A stretch of DNA of 57,550 nucleotides from Candidatus Actinomarinales bacterium (lineage in GTDB: Bacteria > Actinomycetota > Acidimicrobiia > Actinomarinales > Actinomarinaceae), in assembly GCA_004214055.1 (NCBI GenBank), contig SGYT01000001.1:1-57550 (forward strand), written 5' to 3'. The number at the start of each line of letters is the position of its first letter. Position 1 is the first letter of the stretch. A model generated the notes under the pieces. The model was not told the origin of the DNA, did not search any database, and saw only the letters and a list, made by a program, of their open reading frames with translations. The translations under genes and the position numbers were made by a program. This document shows positions 9,997 through 19,345 of the stretch, in pieces.

Positions 9997-11287
9997 TATT
10001 AATTAGTACTTTCTTTGGTAGTAAGCTTTCTACTTCTTCACGAAAGCTTCCCATTAATGAGGTAATTGGAGATACAGCAGATGGTCCCAGTGGACAAATC
10101 GTTGTCATTTGAGGAGGCCAAGCTAATCCAGGAGATATGTTGTCACACACATCAAGAAGTAGGTCTATATCTGAGGCTCTACCTCTACCACTTGAAATTC
10201 TTTCTAATATCATTTCTAACCAAGTAGTTCCTTCTCTACATGGTGTACATTGACCGCAAGATTCATGGGCAAAAAAACTAACAATACTTTTTGCAGCTAA
10301 AACAAGATTTGTATCTTCATCCATAACTACTACTGCACCAGAACCTAGCATCGATCCAGCATTCGCTACGTCATCAATTGTCATTTTTATATCTAACATT
10401 TCTCCGGTAAACCAAGGAGCTGAAGCTCCGCCCGGAATAAATGCTTTAACAGTTTTGTTTTCTTTTATGCCATTTCCGAAAGTATCAATAAATTCACCAA
10501 ACGAACATCCCATTTCAATTTCAAAGTTTCCAGGATTATTTACATGTCCAGACAAGCTAAATATTCTTGTACCTGTTGAACCTTCAACACCAAGCTTTGC
10601 GTAGTCTTTTCCAGAATTATTTATAATCCAAGGAACAGAAGATATTGTTTCAACATTATTTACCAAGGTTGGTTTGTTGTAAAGACCTTTTACTGCTGGG
10701 AAATAAGGAGGTTTTAATCTTGGCTCTCCTCTTCTACCTTCTAGTGAATTTAATAAAGCTGTTTCTTCACCACAGATGTAGGCACCAGCCCCGAGGTGTA
10801 CTACAACATCTAAGTCTTTCCCTGAATCAAAGATATTTTTTCCTAGGTAGCCTTTTTCATAAGCCTGCTCAACAGCATCTTGTACTCTTCGTGCAGGTTT
10901 TGCATACTCACCTCTAATGTAAATAAAGGCTTTTGAAATGTTGGATGCAAAAGAAGTAACAATTATTCCTTCAATTAATTGATGAGGGTCTCTCTCAAGT
11001 AAAATTCTATCTTTAAAAGTTCCCGGTTCTGATTCGTCTGCATTGATAACTAAATATCTTTCTTCATCTTCTGCTAAAAATCCCCATTTCACACCAGTAG
11101 GAAATCCTGCACCACCCCTTCCTCTAATATTGGAGGTTTTAATTTCTTCAATTACTTCTCCCGGATTATTTTCTTTAAATACTTTTCTTGCTGCACTATA
11201 TCCATTATTTTTCTCATAAACATCTATCAAGTGACTGTTTTCAGGATTTTCTCTCATGTGTTTTGTTAGTAATAATGTTTCTTTCAT
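9989..11287 (-). CDS. nuoF: NADH-quinone oxidoreductase subunit F (NADH/FMN-binding)
   Basis: GRGGAGFPTG and ESCGQCTPCREG motifs. Confidence 0.95.
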   Translation of the reverse strand: MKETLLLTKHMRENPENSHLIDVYEKNNGYSAARKVFKENNPGEVIEEIKTSNIRGRGGAGFPTGVKWGFLAEDEERYLVINADESEPGTFKDRILLERDPHQLIEGIIVTSFASNISKAFIYIRGEYAKPARRVQDAVEQAYEKGYLGKNIFDSGKDLDVVVHLGAGAYICGEETALLNSLEGRRGEPRLKPPYFPAVKGLYNKPTLVNNVETISSVPWIINNSGKDYAKLGVEGSTGTRIFSLSGHVNNPGNFEIEMGCSFGEFIDTFGNGIKENKTVKAFIPGGASAPWFTGEMLDIKMTIDDVANAGSMLGSGAVVVMDEDTNLVLAAKSIVSFFAHESCGQCTPCREGTTWLEMILERISSGRGRASDIDLLLDVCDNISPGLAWPPQMTTICPLGPSAVSPITSLMGSFREEVESLLPKKVLINND

Positions 11288-11289
11288 AG

Positions 11290-11901
11290 CTAATTTTCCT
11301 CTGATGTTCCAATAATTTGAAACCCAGGAGCCGTACTAGAGGTTCCTGAATTATCTTCTATCGCCCAATCAAATGACTTAGTTCCTCCAAATTTATCTTG
11401 AAGGTGATCAGCAACTATGACTTTTGGCACTTCTTCTTTAAGATACTTACATAGCTCTAAAGCTTTCGTAGGTGTCATACCTTCAACTGTTTCATAATTA
11501 ACTTGTACCGCAGGAGCTCCTCCACATGCACCAATGCATTCAACTTCTTCAAAAGTAAAAGTATTGTCTACATCAGTTTCATTATTTGCTAACCCTGTAA
11601 ATTCTTTAATACTTTCTATCACTTCTCTCGAATTATTTATTTCGCATGAAATAGATTTACATACACTTATTAGATATTTGCCTGAGGGTTCTTGCTTGTA
11701 CATAGTATAAAATGAGGCAACAGATCGGACTTGAACTTCTGTTATGCCAATTAACTTACTAATTTCTACAACTGAATCATCATCAATATAGCCTTCTTTT
11801 TCTTGAGCTAAATACAAAAGTGGTCCAAGAGCAGATCTTTTTTGTGGATATAACTCAATAATCTGATTAGCTCTATCTATTAATTTACTATCCCAGGTCA
11901 T
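11290..11901 (-). CDS. nuoE: NADH-quinone oxidoreductase subunit E (2Fe-2S)
   Basis: Thioredoxin-like 2Fe-2S pattern (CKSISC ... CIGACGGAP). Confidence 0.93.
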   Translation of the reverse strand: MTWDSKLIDRANQIIELYPQKRSALGPLLYLAQEKEGYIDDDSVVEISKLIGITEVQVRSVASFYTMYKQEPSGKYLISVCKSISCEINNSREVIESIKEFTGLANNETDVDNTFTFEEVECIGACGGAPAVQVNYETVEGMTPTKALELCKYLKEEVPKVIVADHLQDKFGGTKSFDWAIEDNSGTSSTAPGFQIIGTSEEN

Positions 11902-13253
11902 CTGTCTACATCTCCTATTACAGGATCTAAAGAAGCAATAGCAGCGACAGCATCTGCTATTGGGCTGTCAGCCATAATGACTGGTAAAGCTTGTAGGTTA
12001 CAAAAAGATGGTCCTCTGATATGCATTCTGTATGGTTTCGAAGATCCATCTGAAACTATGTAGCAGCCAAGTTCTCCTCTTGGAGATTCAACTGCTACAT
12101 AAGCCTTTCCGGGAGGAACCTTGAAACCTTCTGTATAAATTTTGAAGTGATGAATTAATGCTTCCATAGACTCGTCTAATCTCTGTCTTGGTGGCGGAGT
12201 TACTTTCTTGTCCTGTATTCTGTATGCTCCTTTAGGAATTGTATCCATAGTTTGCTCAACAATTTTTAAACTTTCATATATTTCAAGGACTTTTATTCTC
12301 CATCTTGAAAAAACATCACTATCAGTTAATAAAGGAACTTCGAAATCATAATTTTCAATTCCTGAATAGGGTTGCCTCTTTCTTAAGTCCCAAGAAAATC
12401 CTGAAGCCCTGAGGCTAGGTCCAGTAATACCATACGCAAAACATTCTTCTGTTGTTAAGATACCAACATTTTTTAACCTTCCTTGCCATATTGGATTATC
12501 TAAAAGCATTTCATCATAATCTTTTAATTTTTCTGGAATTATCTTTAAAATCTCTTTAACATCTTTCTGCCAGTTATCAGGTAAATCTGCAGCAACACCT
12601 CCGGGGCGGATGTAATTGTGATTCATTCTTAATCCAGAAGTTTTCTCAAAAAAGTTTAATATTAATTCTCGTTCTCTAAATCCAAATATCATCATTGACA
12701 ATGCCCCAATATCCATACCTCCTGTAGCAAGTGCTACTAGGTGAGAAGAAACACGATTTAATTCTGTCATTAATATTCTTATTGCCTTTGCTCTTTCGGG
12801 AACTTCTATATCTAAAAGTTTCTCTGTTGTTAGAGAAAAAACTAATTCATTAAACAATGGTGAAAGATAGTCCATTCTTGTTGTGTTGGTTGGTCCTTGA
12901 AAGTAAGCAAGTTCTTCACCGGTTTTTTCCATACCAGTGTGTAAATAACCAATAACAGGCTTAACTCTTCTAACAACTTCTCCTTCTAATTCAACTTGAA
13001 GCCTTAATACGCCGTGAGTTGAAGGATGCTGAGGACCCATGTTTACAATCATCCTTTCATCATCTGTTGTTTCTTCGCTATAAACATAATCATCTACTAC
13101 ATCAGAACCTGTTTGTATCTTTATCTGCTTTTCATCTTCTTCTTCAAGCATTTTTTGAGAACCCTCATCCGTAGAAGATATGTTCCAACCACCTTCTTCA
13201 GAATTAGTAGCCCAAAAATCTAAATCATCTTTTAAATCTTTTTCTTCATTCAT
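11898..13253 (-). CDS. nuoD: NADH-quinone oxidoreductase subunit D
   Basis: Carries the NMGPQHPSTHGVLRL signature and a C-terminal DPVIGDVDR. About 70 mostly acidic residues precede the signature. An internal ATG at 13151 would give a more typical length. Confidence 0.92.
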   Translation of the reverse strand: MNEEKDLKDDLDFWATNSEEGGWNISSTDEGSQKMLEEEDEKQIKIQTGSDVVDDYVYSEETTDDERMIVNMGPQHPSTHGVLRLQVELEGEVVRRVKPVIGYLHTGMEKTGEELAYFQGPTNTTRMDYLSPLFNELVFSLTTEKLLDIEVPERAKAIRILMTELNRVSSHLVALATGGMDIGALSMMIFGFRERELILNFFEKTSGLRMNHNYIRPGGVAADLPDNWQKDVKEILKIIPEKLKDYDEMLLDNPIWQGRLKNVGILTTEECFAYGITGPSLRASGFSWDLRKRQPYSGIENYDFEVPLLTDSDVFSRWRIKVLEIYESLKIVEQTMDTIPKGAYRIQDKKVTPPPRQRLDESMEALIHHFKIYTEGFKVPPGKAYVAVESPRGELGCYIVSDGSSKPYRMHIRGPSFCNLQALPVIMADSPIADAVAAIASLDPVIGDVDR

Positions 13254-13255
13254 AC

Positions 13256-13669
13256 TTAATCAACCTTTGGTGCGTTCTTGAATTGGACTGGTATTCTCCC
13301 TGATCCATAATCTTTTCTTAAGGGATTTCCTTTCCAATCATCTGGCATCAATATCCTTGTTAGTTCTGGATGGTTTTCGAATTCAATTCCAAACATATCA
13401 AAAACTTCTCTTTCATAAAAATTAGCTCCTGGATAAATCTCACATATTGAAGGAATTTTTAAATCTTCATCAGGAACATTTACATTAATAATTAAGCGAG
13501 AATTTTTTGAGACAGACAGTAAATTCACTATAACTTCAAATCTAGGTTCTTTTTTTCTATACCAATCAACTGCTGTTAGATCTATCATCATTTCATAACC
13601 ATCTTTTTTGAATCCTTCGACAGTTTTAAAATATTGATTTATTTCAACATTTATTTCTTCAAAACTCAT
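13256..13669 (-). CDS. nuoC: NADH-quinone oxidoreductase subunit C (short form)
   Basis: Carries the [18 protein letters not shown] core motif. At 137 aa it is shorter than most NuoC proteins. Confidence 0.85.
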   Translation of the reverse strand: MSFEEINVEINQYFKTVEGFKKDGYEMMIDLTAVDWYRKKEPRFEVIVNLLSVSKNSRLIINVNVPDEDLKIPSICEIYPGANFYEREVFDMFGIEFENHPELTRILMPDDWKGNPLRKDYGSGRIPVQFKNAPKVD

Positions 13670-14127
13670 CTGTTGATTTCACCTTCCATTATTTTTTCAT
13701 GTAAAGTTAAAATTCCATGCATCAAAGACTGCGGACCAGGAGGGCAGCCGGGAACATAAATATCAACTGGGACAATATGATCTACACCTTGTACCAATGC
13801 ATAATTATTAAACATACCTCCTGTTGAAGAACATGCACCCATAGCAATAACCCATTTTGGTTCAGCCATTTGATCATATACCTGCCTTAATACAGGTGCC
13901 ATTTTTTGAGATACTCGTCCCGCAACAATCATCAAGTCAGCCTGACGTGGTGATGCTCTAAAAACTTCCATCCCATATCTTGCTAAATCATATTTTGCGG
14001 ACCCTGCTGCCATCATTTCAATTGCGCAACAAGCAAGACCGAATGTTACAGGCCACATTGATTGTGTTCTAGACCATCTAACAGCTTTATCAATAGTTGT
14101 GGTAAAAATATTATCTGGAGAGAACAT
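13666..14127 (-). CDS. nuoB: NADH-quinone oxidoreductase subunit B
   Basis: [10 protein letters not shown] and VPGCPP motifs, which ligate the N2 cluster. Confidence 0.95.
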   Translation of the reverse strand: MFSPDNIFTTTIDKAVRWSRTQSMWPVTFGLACCAIEMMAAGSAKYDLARYGMEVFRASPRQADLMIVAGRVSQKMAPVLRQVYDQMAEPKWVIAMGACSSTGGMFNNYALVQGVDHIVPVDIYVPGCPPGPQSLMHGILTLHEKIMEGEINR

Positions 14128-14531
14128 TATCCAACCTTTTCCTCAGTTTTAGATTCGTGATATCTTTTTCTTCTTGGAATATTCCAATCTAAAACATCTT
14201 TTTTCCATACATAATATAAAGTCTCTAATACGAAAAAAGTAAATATTGATATAACCAATATTCCATACCAACCAAGCTGATTGAATCGTGTTGCCCAAGC
14301 TAAGAGGAAAATAATTTCAATATCAAAAACTATATATAACATCGCAACCATATAAAATTTCACAGGAAATCTTTGAGATGGTTCTTCTTCTGGGAAAATT
14401 CCACACTCATAGGGAGCAAGCTTTTCAGTTGTTGGATTTTTTGGTGATAGCAAATAAGACACGCCTAAAGAAGCTAGTGCGAAACCAACTGCTATTAAAA
14501 ACATGATTAATACAGGCAGCCAACTAATCAT
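14127..14531 (-). CDS. nuoA: NADH-quinone oxidoreductase subunit A
   Basis: 134-aa three-TM protein with the PYECG motif. It is the first gene of the operon and has a strong SD (GGGAGGG) upstream. Confidence 0.9.
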   Translation of the reverse strand: MISWLPVLIMFLIAVGFALASLGVSYLLSPKNPTTEKLAPYECGIFPEEEPSQRFPVKFYMVAMLYIVFDIEIIFLLAWATRFNQLGWYGILVISIFTFFVLETLYYVWKKDVLDWNIPRRKRYHESKTEEKVG

Positions 14532-14547
14532 TTTTTCCCTCCCGTGT

Positions 14548-14565
14548 TTGTGAAAAGTTTCACAA
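14548..14565. promoter_or_regulatory. Rex operator (ROP box) in the nuoA leader
   Basis: TTGTGAA-AAGT-TTCACAA, with both 7-nt half-sites perfect. It lies 16 nt upstream of the nuoA ATG, directly 5' of the SD, and about 11 nt downstream of a TAGAAT -10-like hexamer (14582..14577, minus strand). Confidence 0.75.
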
Positions 14566-14610
14566 ACTATATCATTATTCTAGTACTTCTTTCTTGCTTT
14601 TGGGAATAGA

Positions 14611-15882
14611 TTACTTACTTGTTTTGTTTAATGATTTAAGGATATTTAAAGGAAAAACAAATTTTATTGCTAGTAAAATTATTTCTTTTGTTGTTAAGTT
14701 TGCTTCATCAAAAAGTAATTCGACAACAAAATCAATAGTATGTTGATCTATTGATGCAATGTGAAGAAGTCTTTTTGTCATAAATGGACTCTGAAAAACT
14801 AATCTTGCAAGAGAGCAGCTCAAGAAATGTTTTCCAAATCTTTTATTAAATGCTTTTTCATATTTTTTAATACCAGTATTTATTTTTGATGAATTTTCGT
14901 TAATCAATTGGTATGTGTCATTAGCAAGCAAAAATCCGGCTTCCATTCCATAAAATATACCCTCTCCGCTCATTGGGTTAATCATAGATCCAGCATCTCC
15001 AATTAAAGCTACTCTATCATGTGCAAGTTTAGGCCTTGAAGATGCAAAAGGCAGCATGAAGCTTTTTTCCATTCTAAGATTTTCAACTATAACCCCTCTT
15101 CCCTTAAGGGTCTTTACAAATTCATCTAACAAATTTTTAATATCCATCTTTTCTTTCTTAAAAACACTTAATGGCACTCCAATTCCTATATTGAGTAAAT
15201 CTCCCTTGCTTGGGAAAGCCCAAGCATATCCTTTTATTGCTGAAACGTTTATTTCAAACATAAGGGTTCGTTCTTCAAATATTTCTAAATAATTAGGACT
15301 ATCAATATAGGCCCTTATAGCAATAGCCTTATTCCAGTCACTATTCTGCTTAAGATTTAAACTTTTTCTTACTCTAGAGTTTGCGCCATCAGCACCTACG
15401 AGAAGCTTAGTTTCTAAAATGTATTTTTTTTTCTCTTTATTTTCTATTTCGACAGATATCGAATCTTCATTATGGGAAAATTTATTATATCGATATCCTT
15501 CAAAGGTTTTTACATTCTCTTTTTTTGCTAAATTTAAAATTCGATTATCCAAATCAAGTCTTGGGATAACGTAAACAATAGAGTCTTCTTTATTTTTCAC
15601 CTCAGGAATATAATTTTGTATTCCAATATTTTTAGGTCCGAATAATGTAGTAGAAACTACCTCGGGTTCATCTTCTAAAATATGTTCATTACCAAATCTT
15701 TTTAATGCGCTTATTACACCTGGACCAAATGCGTCACCGCATGATTTGTCTCTTGGAAAAATTGCTTTATCTACTAATCCAATTTTTAAATCTGGATTTA
15801 ATTTTTTATAAGATATTGCAGCATTTGAACCCGAAGGTCCAGCACCAATAATAACTACATCAAAAAACTTTTTATTTTTCAT
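14611..15882 (-). CDS. geranylgeranyl reductase family FAD-dependent oxidoreductase (MenJ-like candidate)
   Basis: N-terminal GAGPSG dinucleotide fold, an RDKSCGD motif and 423 aa. Its position just upstream of nuoA matches many Actinobacteria. Confidence 0.8.
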   Translation of the reverse strand: MKNKKFFDVVIIGAGPSGSNAAISYKKLNPDLKIGLVDKAIFPRDKSCGDAFGPGVISALKRFGNEHILEDEPEVVSTTLFGPKNIGIQNYIPEVKNKEDSIVYVIPRLDLDNRILNLAKKENVKTFEGYRYNKFSHNEDSISVEIENKEKKKYILETKLLVGADGANSRVRKSLNLKQNSDWNKAIAIRAYIDSPNYLEIFEERTLMFEINVSAIKGYAWAFPSKGDLLNIGIGVPLSVFKKEKMDIKNLLDEFVKTLKGRGVIVENLRMEKSFMLPFASSRPKLAHDRVALIGDAGSMINPMSGEGIFYGMEAGFLLANDTYQLINENSSKINTGIKKYEKAFNKRFGKHFLSCSLARLVFQSPFMTKRLLHIASIDQHTIDFVVELLFDEANLTTKEIILLAIKFVFPLNILKSLNKTSK

Positions 15883-15992
15883 TTTGATATTCTCAAATTA
15901 ACCTAGTCAAAATTAAAAGATAAATTAAAAGAAAGAAGAATTTTACTTTTTTAATTTAGTTTAATTTTTTTTCTTTATTAGATTGTGCATTA

Positions 15993-16637
15993 GTGAAAAA
16001 TAATACAAGTATACCTAAAGCAACTGTCCAGAGACTCCCTTTATACTTACAATGCTTAGACCAACTAGATGATAACTCTGTGGGTATCTCTTCAAAAAAA
16101 ATAGCTGAAATTGCAAAAGTTAATGATGCTCAAGTTAGAAGAGATTTGTCCTATCTTGGAACTCTTGGAACAAGAGGTGTTGGTTATGATATTTCTACGC
16201 TTCGTAAGCAGCTTGAGTTAGAACTTGGTTTAGTGGATGGTTTAAGTGCAATAATTATAGGTGTAGGTAATCTTGGTTCAGCTTTAGCTGAATATGGAGG
16301 TTTTAAAGAAAAAGGTTTTAAAATAGTTGGACTTTTTGATTCAGATCCTGGAAAACTAAATAAGCAAGTTGGTGGATTAGAGATTAAGCCTTTAACTGAA
16401 ATAAACGATACATGTAAAAAATATAAGGTAGCTATTGGGATAATTGCAACACCGGAAAATGTAGCAGAAGAAATAGCAGAAAAATTAATCAGCTCTGGAA
16501 TTAAATCAATTTTAAATTTTGCTCCTACTATGTTAAAAAATAAACCTGGAATACAAATCAGATCTGTTGATTTATCACAAGAATTACAAATTTTGAGTTA
16601 TTATTTAGACAGAGCACCATTAAAAGTATCTAAATAG
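15993..16637 (+). CDS. rex: redox-sensing transcriptional repressor Rex
   Basis: GTG start. The N-terminal winged helix (IPKATVQRLPLYLQCL) is followed by a Rossmann GVGNLGSAL NADH-binding motif. Confidence 0.9.
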   Translation: MKNNTSIPKATVQRLPLYLQCLDQLDDNSVGISSKKIAEIAKVNDAQVRRDLSYLGTLGTRGVGYDISTLRKQLELELGLVDGLSAIIIGVGNLGSALAEYGGFKEKGFKIVGLFDSDPGKLNKQVGGLEIKPLTEINDTCKKYKVAIGIIATPENVAEEIAEKLISSGIKSILNFAPTMLKNKPGIQIRSVDLSQELQILSYYLDRAPLKVSK

Positions 16638-17924
16638 TTATCTTCTCTGAAAGTAACCACCAATTAACGCTCTAAAAATTAGAGAGATAACCAACGAAAG
16701 CCAAATAATATTTATTGATCCAAAGTTAGCTATTAATATGAATAAAACTAAGGCACCTAGTATTGATGAAATTATTGTTGTGTAAGCAAATTCTTTATTT
16801 TTATCAAGACCCAACAACACACCATCCCAAAGAAAAGCGTAACTACCAAAGAAAAGACTGAGAGAGAAGAGAATTAATAAATAATTATTTTCTAATTGTA
16901 TAAAAACTTGATTTGAAATTAATTCTGTTAAGAATTTAATGCTTAAGTAACTTACTAAAGTAGCTACAAGAGAAAATATTGTTGTTATTTTTAATAATGC
17001 CCTATATAAGTCAGAGCCGAAATATTTTTTACCCTTTGAAATATGTTCAGAAACAAGCGTTTGCGAAGCTATTGCTAATGCGTCAATAAAGTTATATCCA
17101 AAAGTCCAAATCTGATTTAAAACATGATGTAAGGCAATATCATTCATTGATAGTCTTGATGCTTGGTTACTTAACAATGCCATAAACCCAGTTAAGAAAG
17201 CTGAGCGAAGTACTATTGTTCCTCCAACAGAAAAAAATTTTTTCTTTAATTTTTTTTGATCTACATCATCAGATGTGTGAGAAAATTTCTTCAATTTTTT
17301 TTGTTGTATATTATTTGCATATATAGACGCTATAAAAAAAGAAGTGCTGCTTGCTAAACCTATTCCTAAAACTCCAAGTCCAAGCATAATCCCAAGAAAA
17401 TAACTTAACGTAATATTTGTTAAAGTAACAATTATTGAACTTTGAAAAGTAATGTTCGGATACCTTAGACCTCTTAGGACAGCTGTAGAATGCATATTTA
17501 ATAAATAAAATGGAATTCCTAAAGCTCTTACTATTAAATATATAGATGCTAGATTATTTATTTCATCTGTTGGTTTAAAAAGGCTTATAAAAAAATCATT
17601 AAAGTAATAAATAATAATAAAGACAAGGAGACCAAGCATAATTGATATTTTTTTCCCAAAAGAAACAAAATATTTAAGATTATTGAGCTTATTATTTGTC
17701 TTTAGCTTGGCCACTAAGGGAGTTGTACCATATGCTAGAAAAACAAAAATCCAAGTAAATACAAAATAAATAGTTGTACCAATACCTACAGAAGAAAGTG
17801 TGTCTATTCCGATTATTCCTGCAATTCTTGAATCTACTAATCCGGCTAGAGGTTCTGTCATTAACCAAATAAGAATAGGATATGAATTTATCCAGATATC
17901 TTTATTAATTTCTTTCTTACTCAT
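16638..17924 (-). CDS. MATE family efflux transporter
   Basis: 428-aa, 12-TM-like protein with a MATE-type N-terminal region (PILIWLMTEPLAGLVDSRIAG). Confidence 0.8.
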   Translation of the reverse strand: MSKKEINKDIWINSYPILIWLMTEPLAGLVDSRIAGIIGIDTLSSVGIGTTIYFVFTWIFVFLAYGTTPLVAKLKTNNKLNNLKYFVSFGKKISIMLGLLVFIIIYYFNDFFISLFKPTDEINNLASIYLIVRALGIPFYLLNMHSTAVLRGLRYPNITFQSSIIVTLTNITLSYFLGIMLGLGVLGIGLASSTSFFIASIYANNIQQKKLKKFSHTSDDVDQKKLKKKFFSVGGTIVLRSAFLTGFMALLSNQASRLSMNDIALHHVLNQIWTFGYNFIDALAIASQTLVSEHISKGKKYFGSDLYRALLKITTIFSLVATLVSYLSIKFLTELISNQVFIQLENNYLLILFSLSLFFGSYAFLWDGVLLGLDKNKEFAYTTIISSILGALVLFILIANFGSINIIWLSLVISLIFRALIGGYFQRR

Positions 17925-18213
17925 TCATGTCCTTTGCTTTTTTAATTCCCCACTCCATTATTAACTTATGTGCGTTTTCACCAAAATCATGTGGAGTGAA
18001 ATCAAAATATTCTTTAAATTCTTTACATAAAAAATCATTTATTATCTGTGTTGGTGTTTTGGACTGCTGAAAGCTTGGCTTAGTTAACTCAGTAAGTAGA
18101 ATATTTGATAAAATTTTTTCTCTCTTTTTGTCCAATAAAATTTCTTTATTATCTAAACTCTTCTTTGCTCCGATAATAAGCTCTTTAACTAAATTCTCAA
18201 TTAATAAATTCAT
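17917..18213 (-). CDS. hypothetical protein (98 aa)
   Basis: The ORF is coupled by overlaps to both neighbours (4 nt upstream, 8 nt downstream). I recognise no motif in it. Confidence 0.5.
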   Translation of the reverse strand: MNLLIENLVKELIIGAKKSLDNKEILLDKKREKILSNILLTELTKPSFQQSKTPTQIINDFLCKEFKEYFDFTPHDFGENAHKLIMEWGIKKAKDMNE

Positions 18214-19232
18214 TTACTAAATATTTGAACAACTATTAACCCTGTTGGCCCTGAAACAACCCCTATTCCAACTCTAGTAAACTGGATATCAAGAATTGTA
18301 TTCCTGTGTGATTCTGAGTTCATCAAGCCTTCATGTGCAGAGTAAATGGTTGGTGAAATAGCTAAATTCTCACTCACGTCAGATATATTTTTACCCCTGA
18401 ATCCAACTTCTCTTAACCTATCTGTTGCATAATATCCATTATTAGGATCTTGATGACACCAAAAACCTTCAGTGTACATTTTATATCCATAATTTTGTGC
18501 GACGTTTGAATATGATTGGTTGAATTGAAGAGGGTCTCGATTTTCATTAATTCTCTCTACATTTATTAGTTCCACCATTTTTAAAGCTTCATCATTTTTA
18601 ATTATTAATTTCGCTAATGGCTCTTTAGGAATTTCTATACATCCATACTCATCAACAACAATTGAAGAGCTTCCTGTCAATTTTTTAATCCTATTAGTAA
18701 CCATGAGTACATCTGTACCTGTAATAATCTCTAGACTCTGTTGGGGAATGCCATCGGGATCAACATAAAATGAAACCAGGGTTGAGTTTTCCATTTTCTC
18801 TTGTATGAAACTTGGTAATGTAAAAAGGGATACAAGGGAAATTATTAGTGTGAGAATTAAATTGCTAAAGAACAGAGAGAAAAAACTTCCTAGTATTTTA
18901 TTTCCAAAGTCGTTTGGAGATTGCTTAGAGCTAATGAAGCTATTAATTAATGAACTACCAGTTAGAACTGCTATAAAAATTATTACACCGGCAAATATTT
19001 GAGAAATTTGTCTATTTGAGCTTAACCAACTACTTATATAAATTCCTATTGAAAATGAATACTTAAAACTTAGAAAAACAGCAACTAAAAAAGAAAAAAT
19101 ATAAAAAGCAATTAATAATGAACCTCTTTTCCAGCCAATAATCAGCATATAAATTATAAAAATGTATATAAATATATCTAGATAATCCTGGTTATTCAGG
19201 AAAATAAGCATGTTTTGTAATCTTTCAATCAT
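18210..19232 (-). CDS. CvpA-like membrane domain fused to an extracytoplasmic CAP/SCP (PR-1-like) domain
   Basis: The N-terminal ~150 aa contain four TM helices of CvpA type. The C-terminus carries the CAP signature blocks (SENLA, GLMNSESHRNTIL, FTRVGIGVV). Confidence 0.72.
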   Translation of the reverse strand: MIERLQNMLIFLNNQDYLDIFIYIFIIYMLIIGWKRGSLLIAFYIFSFLVAVFLSFKYSFSIGIYISSWLSSNRQISQIFAGVIIFIAVLTGSSLINSFISSKQSPNDFGNKILGSFFSLFFSNLILTLIISLVSLFTLPSFIQEKMENSTLVSFYVDPDGIPQQSLEIITGTDVLMVTNRIKKLTGSSSIVVDEYGCIEIPKEPLAKLIIKNDEALKMVELINVERINENRDPLQFNQSYSNVAQNYGYKMYTEGFWCHQDPNNGYYATDRLREVGFRGKNISDVSENLAISPTIYSAHEGLMNSESHRNTILDIQFTRVGIGVVSGPTGLIVVQIFSK

Positions 19233-19295
19233 TATTAAAAATTTTTTCTATTCGCTATTGAAGAGTAGTGAAATCACGCTATTGTTGTAATACTT

Positions 19296-19319
19296 CCTAC
19301 AAATTATGTAGGATTTTTT
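19296..19319 (+). promoter_or_regulatory. terminator-like hairpin plus T-run inside the binding-protein leader
   Basis: CCTACA-AATTA-TGTAGG followed by ATTTTTT, about 27 nt before the ATG at 19346. No upstream plus-strand gene is available for it to terminate. Confidence 0.35.
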
Positions 19320-19321
19320 AA

Positions 19322-19336
19322 TTTCAGTGACTGAAA
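19322..19336. promoter_or_regulatory. 15-bp perfect palindrome (candidate operator) abutting the SD
   Basis: TTTCAGT-G-ACTGAAA. The one-nt centre cannot be a hairpin loop, so protein binding is the likelier role. The SD-like AAAGGAAA overlaps its 3' end (AGGA at 19336..19339). Confidence 0.35.
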
Positions 19337-19345
19337 GGAAATTAT

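Noticed and set aside
15910-15932. Tandem AAATTAAAAGA x2 in the reductase/rex divergent gap
   Set aside because: It is a very short, low-complexity A/T repeat in a promoter-type AT-rich spacer, and nothing distinguishes it from chance.
15983-16000. Rex-box-like string TTGTGCA-TTAG-TGAAAAA overlapping the rex start codon (possible autoregulation)
   Set aside because: Only the left half-site is close to consensus. The right half matches 4 of 7 positions, and TGTG/AAAA strings are common at this AT content.
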